Positions 24,682-33,635 of a stretch of DNA of 64,000 nt are shown piece after piece. Numbering within the stretch: the stretch's first letter is position 1; each line of letters starts with the position of its first letter. The stretch lies in the IMG/VR virus record IMGVR_UViG_3300035686_000005, positions 1 to 64,000 of that record; one strand, written 5' to 3'. The position numbers were made by a program, and so were the translations under genes. The notes beneath the pieces were generated by a model. It ran no database searches, was not told the DNA's origin, and worked only from the letters and a program-made list of their open reading frames with translations. This DNA is from a virus.

Positions 24682-25109
24682 TGTACACCTCTGATCAAAT
24701 TGTTATATGAATTTACAACGTCAACCAAGTTCATAATTTCAGTGGTTTTGCTTGCAACCAAATTTATTTTGGCTATCCATTCATTAAATGATTGTATGTA
24801 TTTTGAATCGTTTGTAACATCGTCGCAAATTAAAGGTACTAATTTTATGTACCTTTCCATAAAAAATATATTCTCAAATGAGTAATCTTCAACATACTTT
24901 TTATAAATAATTTCTCCTCCTAGATGTTCTATTTCATTGGGTGTCCAAGTATTTAATGAAATAAACAGAGAAGGATTTTGGTTAAATGTAGCAACAGATA
25001 AAACTTCTTTACGATCACTAATCACATTGAATGTTTCTCCGTCCAAATTAGTCCAAGGTTCATTAGATTTAATTATTTCTACAGTCCCTGAAATAAATAA
25101 AATAGTCAT
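24678..25109 (-). CDS. hypothetical protein, paralog of 24277-24681
   Basis: 143 aa, 4-nt overlap with the downstream paralog. Confidence 0.6.
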   Translation of the reverse strand: MTILFISGTVEIIKSNEPWTNLDGETFNVISDRKEVLSVATFNQNPSLFISLNTWTPNEIEHLGGEIIYKKYVEDYSFENIFFMERYIKLVPLICDDVTNDSKYIQSFNEWIAKINLVASKTTEIMNLVDVVNSYNNLIRGVQ

Positions 25110-25118
25110 GATGATTCC

Positions 25119-26339
25119 TTATCTATCAATTAATCCGTGTCCGGGTGTTCCTAAATCTGATACTAGCGCTGCTATTATTCTAAGCAATTCTGTAGTTGTT
25201 GGTGTTGTAGTTGTTGGTGCTGTACGTTGCAATGTAAGACCTAAAGATCCAGTAACATTATTCCATCCCGAAGAAGTCCAACCAGTACGTCTGGTACCAA
25301 TAACCTGATTGCCTGAGTGGCGATAGAATGAACCGTCAGCAACTTCTATACTTCCTGTGTTGTAGATTTGGAATCCAGTAACGCCTGAATCTCTCACGAT
25401 TCTTATGGCATTTGCACCCGATGCAAATGTGTTGATTGTTAATCCGATGTCTGCTGCATTTCCTATCTGAATCGTTGCACGGGTAAACCTACCACTAGAA
25501 GCCGTGGTGGCACCAATTGAAGTCGAATTAATTACAGAATTATTTAATGAAGCAAAAGTTATTGTAGGTAAGTCTATTGTTCCACCAGTAATAACTTGAT
25601 CTACATTATTGATTGTGCAATTAGACAAAGCAACAGAGGACATATTACCCCCTGATATTGTTTGTCCATTATTGTTTATGCTACTACCACTTATCGAACC
25701 GGAGAAGCTGACGCCAGATATTGACCCCCCAGTGATACTAACGCTATTGGAGTTTTGATTTGCCATAGTCCCAAGATTTAAGACTACGGTTGAATATGTC
25801 CCTGTTGATGATCTGAAGACAAGACCCGATCCGGCTATGTTTGCAATATTGGTAAGCTCTGTCGATCCGGCTTGCTTATTGTTAAACACAAGCCAATTAG
25901 ATGCGCTTAGAACCCCTGATTGACTGGCGTTAGCTGTCTGTATTCCTAAAGTTTTTGTCGTGGCGTCATAGGTCAAAGGAGAGGTGATCGCTTCAATGTA
26001 GCTCTCTCCAGACGGGATCGGATCGGTTGCAATATTTTCCCTAAACGTAAATTCTAGTACCCGTCTAACATCCTCCATATCAACGGATCGACCGTCTTGG
26101 TATTTTACGAAAACTCTATCCTTTTCGATAAATATTTTAGTAGCGTTCAATGTTCCATACGCTACCTCAAGATTATCCCGATTGAGTCTAATCTCAGAGT
26201 TGCCAACATAAAATATTAGCGTCTTCTCTTCAACACCTCGACTGTCATCAACTCTCACAAAAGAGTCGATGAAATTTAAGGTTTCAAGTATTCGTTTTTT
26301 AGATTTGACCCAATCAGCCAGATCTTCTATAACACTCAT
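25119..26339 (-). CDS. tail fiber-like protein
   Basis: 406 aa with Ser/Thr/Gly/Asn-rich repetitive segments (SGSISGSSINNNGQTISGGN); ATG overlaps the last base of motif 26339-26351. Confidence 0.55.
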   Translation of the reverse strand: MSVIEDLADWVKSKKRILETLNFIDSFVRVDDSRGVEEKTLIFYVGNSEIRLNRDNLEVAYGTLNATKIFIEKDRVFVKYQDGRSVDMEDVRRVLEFTFRENIATDPIPSGESYIEAITSPLTYDATTKTLGIQTANASQSGVLSASNWLVFNNKQAGSTELTNIANIAGSGLVFRSSTGTYSTVVLNLGTMANQNSNSVSITGGSISGVSFSGSISGSSINNNGQTISGGNMSSVALSNCTINNVDQVITGGTIDLPTITFASLNNSVINSTSIGATTASSGRFTRATIQIGNAADIGLTINTFASGANAIRIVRDSGVTGFQIYNTGSIEVADGSFYRHSGNQVIGTRRTGWTSSGWNNVTGSLGLTLQRTAPTTTTPTTTELLRIIAALVSDLGTPGHGLIDR

Positions 26340-26351
26340 AAAGTTACTTTA
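26339..26351. repeat. TAAAGTWACTTTA copy (W=T)
   Basis: perfect; central TAA (minus) is the stop of 26344-26559; terminal base starts the ATG of 25119-26339. Confidence 0.95.
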
Positions 26352-26559
26352 GAATTTTAGCTTCTCTAAGAATAAATATACAGATGACCTGACTTTCAAA
26401 AAACTCTATATCAAAAAGATCGTAACCCATATCATAAAACGTATTTAACCAGTTAGTCAAATTGACCGTTTCTTGTTTTGTTCCTTGTGAAAAGCTACAA
26501 GATGAGACGAAATATTTTCTAAGATTCTGAGAGTCTGATTCCATGAGTAAAACCTCCAA
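26344..26559 (-). CDS. hypothetical small protein
   Basis: 71 aa; stop is the central TAA of motif 26339-26351; overlaps the hub gene 3' end. Confidence 0.45.
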   Translation of the reverse strand: MEVLLMESDSQNLRKYFVSSCSFSQGTKQETVNLTNWLNTFYDMGYDLFDIEFFESQVICIFILREAKILK

Positions 26560-28807
26560 ACTGAATTATGTTTACTTGTCTAACTGGTTTAGCCGAAGTC
26601 GATCTATGTATCATGTCTGATGATGGACTTGCAGCAATACCTACATGGGTAATGGTGCCAGGGGGAAAGTTACCATAAGTATTTTTAAAAAATACAATAT
26701 CTCCTGGCATCAGCTGAGCAATATTAGTTATCTTTTGACCGCAATCATTACCGCTCAAAGATGAAGCCATTAGAATTCCTGTGGACATACCATCAGATGC
26801 GGCTGAAGTTATGAAATCAGCTTTTGGGTGATTGGCGGCTCTCAAGATTGTCCGAACAAAATCCATACATCTTTCGGTCTGTCCTGGTTTAAAATCTCTG
26901 TCAGGATTTACCCACTTTTGAGCTTCTTTTAAAATGTCTGCATTCTTACCCGTTGCATTGGTTTTAGGATTCCCTTGTGTAATCTGATCTCCAGGGGGCT
27001 TCTCTTCTTCAGGGGGTTCAATCTTAACAGGTAGGTATAGATCTAAAGTTACTTTAATAAATCCGTTCCAAATAATGTTAACGGCTTTTAGTCTAAAAGT
27101 TCTGAAGTATGCAGAGTTGAAAGGAAGATTTTTTATCGTATCCTTTTCAATGCTTACCAGTGTTCCTGGTTGCAAAGAAAGCACCTCAAACGTAGGATAA
27201 TTGACCTCTAGAGATGTTGAAAAGCCTTCACCTATTGCTTCATCATCTGGTAGTGATTCAATAGGCGGTAGCGCTTCTAAGACTCGCTCTTGACTTGCAG
27301 TTTCAGACGATGTAAATATACATCCCCATTCAGCTTTAGTTTTAATCTTTGGTGCATCTTTCAATGCAACTATCTTGATAGATTCCTTTTCAGCTTGAAT
27401 TGTATATCCTGAACTGTTTGCAACTCTGAGTAAAAATTGATAATCAGTTTCTGAATTTTGCTGAAGTTTCTTAGACTTATCGAGAGAAGAAAACGGTGGA
27501 ATTATTGTGTCAATTCCATAATCTAAACCGATCCTTTCTGCCAGTTGTCTAAGCGATATAGTATCGAATGATGTCCTTTTCAATCGGCTGATTAAGAATC
27601 TGATACCACGTCCACCAATTGTAGTAATAGAAGGTACGTTGTTAGAAGTTTGGCGAGAAACGAACCAATAAGAGGACACATAACGATCCTCGGAATCAGA
27701 CCATCCTATTTCTATCTGAATTTGTACGACCCAATCAGGTAACGCTGATACTTTAGCGGCTGTTGGTGCTTGAACTGGTAAAGGTGCTGTCAGTTGAGGT
27801 GTGGCGGGTGTTTGTGGGGTAAACGTGTTAGGAGTGGTAACAGCTTTTGGTGAAACGTTGCCAACTAAAGACGGGATACGTGCTAACCATTTTCTAGATT
27901 CAGATGCTACCAGCTGGGCTTTATCGGTGCCGTTGACTGTACGACGCGCATTGACAAAATCAAAATTTGCTCCGCTTCCATAGTCTGATAATTTCTTACC
28001 CGTGAATGTTGGGCATCCGTTTATACCAGTCATGCCACCGACCGCGATCGGAATCGCCCAACGCAACTGCTTAACTAGATTGACGTTATTAACAAAATCT
28101 TGCTTGAAATACGCGCCAAATCTGCTGTAATTATCTCTCCAAGTAATCTGAATTAGTCCTCTTCCGTAGTAAGGCGCATAGCGGGTATTTGCACCGCCTA
28201 TCTCTTCCGTATAGACACCCATCACAGTTTCAATTGTGATGTTGCCTAAAATGCTTGCAATATGAGAGTTATCCTTTAATCCTATTGAGTAACAATATCG
28301 AATGATTGACGCTGCCAACTCATCTCCCTTAGTCCCATCAGGGGGAAATGTGTAATTTCCTAGCTTTATCGGTGCGTTAGTGTTAGGCGCATTAGTATCT
28401 CCAGGGGGTCTGTCATCAGCTTGATTTGGTGACTTTAAGAGATTATCAGGGACTTGTATTCCTCCAGTTTTCAAAGCCCTATCCAAAAGTAGCAAATCGT
28501 ATTCATGATCCGGATCGTGAAAGGTTAACTGAACAGAATTGCTTCTGTCGGCTTCTCCATTGGATAGTTGCAATGAAATTAAATTATCAATGACTTTTTC
28601 AATTTCTTCATCAGCAAACTTATAAGTAATGGTCGGTTCTACTGTAGTTGTAACTGGTTTGGCTACAGTTGCAGTATTAGAAGTTCCTGTACCTGTGTTA
28701 GCTGGGGGTGTTTGTGTGACAGGTTTAGGCGTTTGATTTATAATCGTTTCTTTAATCGGTTTATAAATCAATCTTGCTCTTACTATCGGAACTCTTAATA
28801 CAGCCAT
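26519..28807 (-). CDS. baseplate hub / late-control-D-like protein with GH19 and NlpC/P60 peptidoglycan hydrolase domains
   Basis: YYGRGLIQITWRDNY (GH19 signature), gpD-like middle (ISLRQLAERIGLDYGID..QNSETDYQFLLRVANSSGY), C-terminal CMDFVRTIL..PGDIVFF..THVGIA (NlpC/P60). Confidence 0.7.
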   Translation of the reverse strand: MAVLRVPIVRARLIYKPIKETIINQTPKPVTQTPPANTGTGTSNTATVAKPVTTTVEPTITYKFADEEIEKVIDNLISLQLSNGEADRSNSVQLTFHDPDHEYDLLLLDRALKTGGIQVPDNLLKSPNQADDRPPGDTNAPNTNAPIKLGNYTFPPDGTKGDELAASIIRYCYSIGLKDNSHIASILGNITIETVMGVYTEEIGGANTRYAPYYGRGLIQITWRDNYSRFGAYFKQDFVNNVNLVKQLRWAIPIAVGGMTGINGCPTFTGKKLSDYGSGANFDFVNARRTVNGTDKAQLVASESRKWLARIPSLVGNVSPKAVTTPNTFTPQTPATPQLTAPLPVQAPTAAKVSALPDWVVQIQIEIGWSDSEDRYVSSYWFVSRQTSNNVPSITTIGGRGIRFLISRLKRTSFDTISLRQLAERIGLDYGIDTIIPPFSSLDKSKKLQQNSETDYQFLLRVANSSGYTIQAEKESIKIVALKDAPKIKTKAEWGCIFTSSETASQERVLEALPPIESLPDDEAIGEGFSTSLEVNYPTFEVLSLQPGTLVSIEKDTIKNLPFNSAYFRTFRLKAVNIIWNGFIKVTLDLYLPVKIEPPEEEKPPGDQITQGNPKTNATGKNADILKEAQKWVNPDRDFKPGQTERCMDFVRTILRAANHPKADFITSAASDGMSTGILMASSLSGNDCGQKITNIAQLMPGDIVFFKNTYGNFPPGTITHVGIAASPSSDMIHRSTSAKPVRQVNIIQFGGFTHGIRLSES
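27044..27056. repeat. TAAAGTWACTTTA copy (W=T)
   Basis: perfect; inside the hub gene (IKVTLDL). Confidence 0.95.
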
Positions 28808-28811
28808 ACTC

Positions 28812-28824
28812 TAAAGTAACTTTA
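28812..28824. repeat. TAAAGTWACTTTA copy (W=A)
   Basis: perfect; stop of 28822-29403; 4 nt before ATG 28807. Confidence 0.95.
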
Positions 28825-29403
28825 AGAAATCTCTCTATAAATTTTTATTACTGTGTTTTGATCGCCAAATATGGAAGCGGTTGCAGCTCCCCACACTTGA
28901 ATCATTAAGAAAACAACAGCATTTTTTGTTAATGCTAAGGTGGCGTTAGCGTCATGATCGCGTCTGTAATTTTGCACGATCGTTGATGACTGTTGGAAGA
29001 CAGTATCCTCTGATAATCCTACTTCTTGACCGTTTGCAGATATCCATAATTTGGATCTGGGTGCATTTGCATTAGTTCCACTTACTAAGGTTTTGGCAAT
29101 TATTGTATATGTCCCTGTTTCTGGCACAATGAACACACCCGATGCTGCATTAAAAGCAATAGCTTTGTTTAAGGTAGTCATCCAACCGTCGATTGGGTTT
29201 GCTACTCCGTTACCTGTAAACGTCTTTGTTGTTGCTTTATTGGCAATAACCAATATTTCAGATTTACTTATCTGATTTAATAAAGCTGTAATAGAATTGT
29301 TTGCAGAGATGAGACTATTGATGGTTGTTACCATTGCATTAAGCGATGATGCTGGCACTGTTTGTCCATCAATAAAAGTTAAATCTAACGGTTGAATAGT
29401 CAT
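28822..29403 (-). CDS. tail fiber-associated protein
   Basis: 193 aa, position next to the fiber gene; bracketed by motifs 28812 and 29408. Confidence 0.45.
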   Translation of the reverse strand: MTIQPLDLTFIDGQTVPASSLNAMVTTINSLISANNSITALLNQISKSEILVIANKATTKTFTGNGVANPIDGWMTTLNKAIAFNAASGVFIVPETGTYTIIAKTLVSGTNANAPRSKLWISANGQEVGLSEDTVFQQSSTIVQNYRRDHDANATLALTKNAVVFLMIQVWGAATASIFGDQNTVIKIYREIS

Positions 29404-29407
29404 GTTC

Positions 29408-29420
29408 TAAAGTTACTTTA
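29408..29420. repeat. TAAAGTWACTTTA copy (W=T)
   Basis: perfect; stop of 29418-30782; 4 nt before ATG 29403. Confidence 0.95.
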
Positions 29421-30782
29421 CGCCAATCTAAAAAACATTATTCTTGAATATATCTCTTGAAATCCTGACCTATTTGCAGATACGCCACCACCACTAGAAC
29501 TAGCCGTCTCTACAACATGCCTAAGTGTCAACAATGCAGTAGATGAGAAAGTTAAAATATCAATAAGTTTCATCTCTGCATTAACGTTAACAGAAGAAGA
29601 AACAAAACCAGAGTTAGACAAAGCTGAATAATTAGTTGCTGCGACTTCATCATAAAGATATATTCTACTTCCGTTGATTCTATTAGCTGTTGATGTTGCC
29701 AAGATCAGGTATGTCCCTGCTTTGACTCTTACCGCAGCTGCAACAATATCAACGATGTCTGCATTGGCATTTTGTCTTGCAATAGTATTAATTTGCCGAA
29801 TATTGACGCCAGAATTAAGGGACACACTAACACCAGATGCATAGCGTTCATCAACAATGCTGATTCTGTTTGCAAGGTTCGCTGATATATTTGAACCTGC
29901 AATAATTGCGCGAACCGTTCTAGAGTTTATTGCATTGAAGCTATTGTCTGAACCTGGTAGATCAGGGACTAAAGGGTTAACTCCAAAAGTTTGCTGATCC
30001 TCAAAAGTGTTAGGCTCATCTAACCTTGCATAATTAGTTAAGTCTGGAGTAAGAGCTAACCTAAGCAATGCATCCAATTCGCTTAAGTTTTTCCGGCTTG
30101 CAGGTTCAGTTAAAAGATTGGCAAATGTTGCAGCATTATACGCTATGTTTGTTGTTGTTGTTCCACTGCCTACTAGAGAACCGCTTACGACTAGCCAAGA
30201 TGCATTGACGTTGTTTGTACCATCCAGCAAATTACCAGGGTCGTGATAGTTGCCAGCTGCCAAAGGATCGACATTAACACCCGATGTTACTTTCATCCAT
30301 TGGTAGAGTCTTGAACCTCTAAAGGTTATTTCGTTCTTAGCAAACGATTGTGTTGTTGTCCAGTTTTTATAAACAAAACCAGGAATTCTAGCAGCTAACC
30401 GATCAAGGAATGGAACCTTAGTTAAGAGGTCAGTGATTGAGTAAAGACTCGTATCAAGCGTATCTTGGCTGAAAAATCCAGCGATTAAAGTATTACCATT
30501 TATGGGCGTTAAGTTGTCTAATATTGCAAAAAATTCATCAACCTTAGTAAATGTTGGGTTTGTGCCAGATTCAATGACAAATTTGTAAGCTATACCATAA
30601 TCTTTAGTAGTTGGCAATACAATGCTAGCCAATCCACTAGCAATATTAACTGAAGGGAAGGGTATTCCTCCAATTACTAATTTTCCAGTTCCGTCTAAAA
30701 ATGTTTCTGTTGGTGTTGCTGTGATGCGTCCTGTTGTCAGATTCGTATATGAAAAATTTACAGTTGCTTGAATGCTTGGCAT
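29418..30782 (-). CDS. tail fiber protein
   Basis: 454 aa immediately downstream of baseplate J/I-like genes; bracketed by motifs. Confidence 0.5.
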   Translation of the reverse strand: MPSIQATVNFSYTNLTTGRITATPTETFLDGTGKLVIGGIPFPSVNIASGLASIVLPTTKDYGIAYKFVIESGTNPTFTKVDEFFAILDNLTPINGNTLIAGFFSQDTLDTSLYSITDLLTKVPFLDRLAARIPGFVYKNWTTTQSFAKNEITFRGSRLYQWMKVTSGVNVDPLAAGNYHDPGNLLDGTNNVNASWLVVSGSLVGSGTTTTNIAYNAATFANLLTEPASRKNLSELDALLRLALTPDLTNYARLDEPNTFEDQQTFGVNPLVPDLPGSDNSFNAINSRTVRAIIAGSNISANLANRISIVDERYASGVSVSLNSGVNIRQINTIARQNANADIVDIVAAAVRVKAGTYLILATSTANRINGSRIYLYDEVAATNYSALSNSGFVSSSVNVNAEMKLIDILTFSSTALLTLRHVVETASSSGGGVSANRSGFQEIYSRIMFFRLA

Positions 30783-30794
30783 AAAGTTACTTTA
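30782..30794. repeat. TAAAGTWACTTTA copy (W=T)
   Basis: perfect; supplies the stop of 30792-31349 and the A of ATG 30782. Confidence 0.95.
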
Positions 30795-31349
30795 GTCTTC
30801 GAATACTATATTTATATTTCCTGGAGTTCCAAAATTCCTTGCAATAAACTTGACAATTTGATATTCAGGACTACCTAAAAAATATATTGATGGGATTACA
30901 ATCTCATAGTTGTACAAAGGAGTTCCGATAGTAGCAGGGAGTATAGAAGCTGGGGGATTAGAAGTGCCTAGTATAAAGCCGCTAGTCGCTCTTAATTTGG
31001 CTCTTAAATTAAAATCTTCGAACAATACTATCAAGGTATCGGGAAATAAACGCCGACTAAAAATTTTATATGTATCTCGTAACAACTTACGTTTTGCCTC
31101 AACATCCCAATTCTTATCCCAAAACAAACGCCATGGCGAAGCGCAATCAACAGCCATAAAATCAAGAAAGGACACATCAACAGTCATCGGATCAACCTGA
31201 TTATATAGGTCTAACCAGTATGCATAATATAAAGCAAAAAACTTTTTATATGTTTCGATTATTGACAAAATTACAGAGTTATTTCCTAGCTTTAAAGCCA
31301 TGGGAAGGTAAAACTCAACAGACAATTTTTCATAAGGTAATACTTCCAT
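30792..31349 (-). CDS. baseplate protein (P2 gpI-like)
   Basis: position after the J-like gene; DPMTVDVSFLDFMAVDCASPW...EAKRKLLRDTYKIFSRR resembles the gpI pattern. Confidence 0.5.
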   Translation of the reverse strand: MEVLPYEKLSVEFYLPMALKLGNNSVILSIIETYKKFFALYYAYWLDLYNQVDPMTVDVSFLDFMAVDCASPWRLFWDKNWDVEAKRKLLRDTYKIFSRRLFPDTLIVLFEDFNLRAKLRATSGFILGTSNPPASILPATIGTPLYNYEIVIPSIYFLGSPEYQIVKFIARNFGTPGNINIVFED

Positions 31350-32539
31350 TATGTGTATGTCCTTATAAAATTGTTTGGTTCAATTATTACCCGCAATGTA
31401 TTAATTTTTACGGGTGCTTTCTTATCACTAGCCGTTACTATTTTTACTAATGGCAAATCTCTTGCTTGTAAAATATCTCCCACATAACCCCATCTAGCAA
31501 CGGGTGTCAATGCCCCCAACAACTTAACCTGAAATATCAATTCATATAATTCTAAGGATTCCATTTCCTTAGTTTTAGCAATTGTAAAAGTTTCTCTAAC
31601 TTTGTTGTTTATGCTATCCGAAAGCTGGATCGAATCATCAGTTGAAGCAACTTTGATTGATATATCAATATCGACTAAAGGAAGAGTTAAAGAGTTGAAA
31701 TATAGCCGACCTCCTACTAAGGGGGCACGTGTACCAATATCAGCCGATAGACTTCTAATTTGTGCTGAGTTCAAAGCTGATCCGTCTGGATTTATTGCAA
31801 ACACATTCATACTTGCAACTTGGACTAATGATCCATCAAAGCTCACGTCAGGAATTGCAACAGCGATCGAACCGTTTCCCAGTGTTCCCTCTACAGCTAA
31901 TTCGAACTCTGAAGGCTGTATCAGGCTAAACTGTGTTTCCAAAAGCTTGGCAAGTAGTATCGACACACGATCGAAAAATTGATCGGGTGTCTCTTCATCG
32001 TTCCCCCCTCTAGACGGCTCATCAAGCCATATAGAATCTAGTTCAGGGTATACTTGCACAATAATCGCTTTTTGAGCCGCTTGATTGGCTTTAGAGCCTA
32101 TCTCCACGGCAATTGCATCTACGGAACAATACTGATATTGCAATGGATCGGATGTGTCCGTGTTAGCTGGAATAACTAGATCGTTCTGAGTTGCGAAAAC
32201 AACACCATTGCCGATTTGAAATCTAGTCCCACGTAAAATAATATATTCTCTATCAAAAATATTAGAAAGCAAAAATCGAACTGTGCATATAGCAAACGTT
32301 CCTTTGCTTCTCATAAACCCCAAATTCTCAATAACATTTGCGGCAATATAGGGAATAAGCTGTGCTTGAATATCAACCAATCTAGCAATACTGCTAGCTT
32401 GTGCCTCTCCCAATATAGTTAAAACAGAAGATGGAGAAAAGTCAAACAAACGCCCATTAGAAGCGGTTGTCACGTCATCTTTAAACCGCTCAAAGTATTC
32501 TTCTTTTGTAAGTTTAAGGTTACTCGGTAAATCTACCAT
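31349..32539 (-). CDS. baseplate J-like protein
   Basis: 396 aa, N-terminal DFSPSSVLTILGEAQASSIARLVD...GFMRSKGTFAICTVRF typical of J-like proteins. Confidence 0.65.
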   Translation of the reverse strand: MVDLPSNLKLTKEEYFERFKDDVTTASNGRLFDFSPSSVLTILGEAQASSIARLVDIQAQLIPYIAANVIENLGFMRSKGTFAICTVRFLLSNIFDREYIILRGTRFQIGNGVVFATQNDLVIPANTDTSDPLQYQYCSVDAIAVEIGSKANQAAQKAIIVQVYPELDSIWLDEPSRGGNDEETPDQFFDRVSILLAKLLETQFSLIQPSEFELAVEGTLGNGSIAVAIPDVSFDGSLVQVASMNVFAINPDGSALNSAQIRSLSADIGTRAPLVGGRLYFNSLTLPLVDIDISIKVASTDDSIQLSDSINNKVRETFTIAKTKEMESLELYELIFQVKLLGALTPVARWGYVGDILQARDLPLVKIVTASDKKAPVKINTLRVIIEPNNFIRTYT

Positions 32540-32545
32540 AAATCA

Positions 32546-32558
32546 TAAAGTTACTTTA
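32546..32558. repeat. TAAAGTWACTTTA copy (W=T)
   Basis: perfect; stop of 32556-32903; coordinates set from the ORF track (the printed line reads 1 lower). Confidence 0.9.
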
Positions 32559-32903
32559 GAGCGTGATATTGATTAAGAATCTTACTGATGGATCTTGGAA
32601 TCTATCAAATGTTTGGTTGCTAAGATCCTGAAGTTCATAAATATAAAATTTATCTCTAACTACTGCCCATCTGTTTAATCCGGCTGATAAGATATCCATC
32701 TGAAACTCTGTATTCTCGTTCATGATATTAGTAGCTGCAAGAAACAGATTTGTGGTATTTCCGTAATCAGGAAAAAATTCTCTCTCCCCAATTCGGACAT
32801 CCAAAAAGATCCAACCCCTAGTAATCGCCAAATCTTCAAGTTCTGACACTAAGGACAAATCGCCAGAAACAGTCTCTATTGGGTATTTAATTGCTTCTGT
32901 CAT
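32556..32903 (-). CDS. baseplate wedge protein (gp25/gpW-like)
   Basis: 115 aa, RIGEREFFPDYGN matches the GER..P.fG core. Confidence 0.6.
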   Translation of the reverse strand: MTEAIKYPIETVSGDLSLVSELEDLAITRGWIFLDVRIGEREFFPDYGNTTNLFLAATNIMNENTEFQMDILSAGLNRWAVVRDKFYIYELQDLSNQTFDRFQDPSVRFLINITL

Positions 32904-33310
32904 ACTTCTAAATACTGAATAACTACTCTAGCTCTTGTAAGTATTCCCTGTTGCGATCGTGGCTTTTCGGCTAACAAATTAAAGGTTGCTGAAACATTGG
33001 TAAAAACTACGTTGACAGTAGGAAGATTAGCTATCTTAAATTGGAGTATGGAGGGGGTAGATTTAGTACTTTCGGGAACACAAAAACTTTTTAACAATAT
33101 CACATCATCAACCGCTCGTTGACCGTCAATATGAATTGTTAAAGACCTAGGATTAGGTTGACTATTTAACCAAAATTGCTGAGAATTTACGGCAAAGGGA
33201 ACGCTAGGAGATTGATAATTGGCTGTATATCCTCCACCGTCTATCTCAGCTTCAAGATATTGAATCTTGTATATTTTTCCTGTTTCTGTGTTCCTTATGT
33301 AGGCTTCCAT
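32900..33310 (-). CDS. hypothetical baseplate/tail protein
   Basis: 136 aa, 4-nt overlap with the gp25-like gene. Confidence 0.5.
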   Translation of the reverse strand: MEAYIRNTETGKIYKIQYLEAEIDGGGYTANYQSPSVPFAVNSQQFWLNSQPNPRSLTIHIDGQRAVDDVILLKSFCVPESTKSTPSILQFKIANLPTVNVVFTNVSATFNLLAEKPRSQQGILTRARVVIQYLEV

Positions 33311-33623
33311 CTTCTAAATTTTGCATGGAATAGTATTTTCTGAATTCTTGATAACCCGGATCTTTTTTCCATTGTTGTGACCATCTCCATCGATGATATT
33401 TGTATATTAAATATTTAGGATGTTTCAAGATATATAATAATCTGCTACCAGGTAAGAACATCCATAAAAATATCTTTCCAATTGCCATTTTCCATATTTT
33501 TTTAACTTCTAGATCTTTGGTATATTCTGAATAGTTTTTACCAGGATTTTGAAGCTTCCATACATCACCTTTTTGTTTTTCGGTTGGTGCAACCATCCAA
33601 GCTAAAAGATTTAAAAAATCCAT
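33252..33623 (-). CDS. hypothetical protein
   Basis: 123 aa; ATG overlaps the last base of motif 33623-33635. Confidence 0.45.
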   Translation of the reverse strand: MDFLNLLAWMVAPTEKQKGDVWKLQNPGKNYSEYTKDLEVKKIWKMAIGKIFLWMFLPGSRLLYILKHPKYLIYKYHRWRWSQQWKKDPGYQEFRKYYSMQNLEDGSLHKEHRNRKNIQDSIS

Positions 33624-33635
33624 AAAGTTACTTTA
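33623..33635. repeat. TAAAGTWACTTTA copy (W=T)
   Basis: perfect; supplies the tape measure stop and the A of ATG 33623. Confidence 0.95.

Noticed and set aside
32521-32581. Apparent frameshifts at the ends of the printed line 32521-32580
   Set aside because: Translating the printed bases gives ...SVRILNQYHALK instead of the track's ...SVRFLINITL for 32556-32903. It also breaks the N-terminus of 31349-32539. The pattern looks like a one-base offset of that printed line, or my own misreading, rather than biology. I used the ORF-track coordinates there, so local coordinates may be off by 1.
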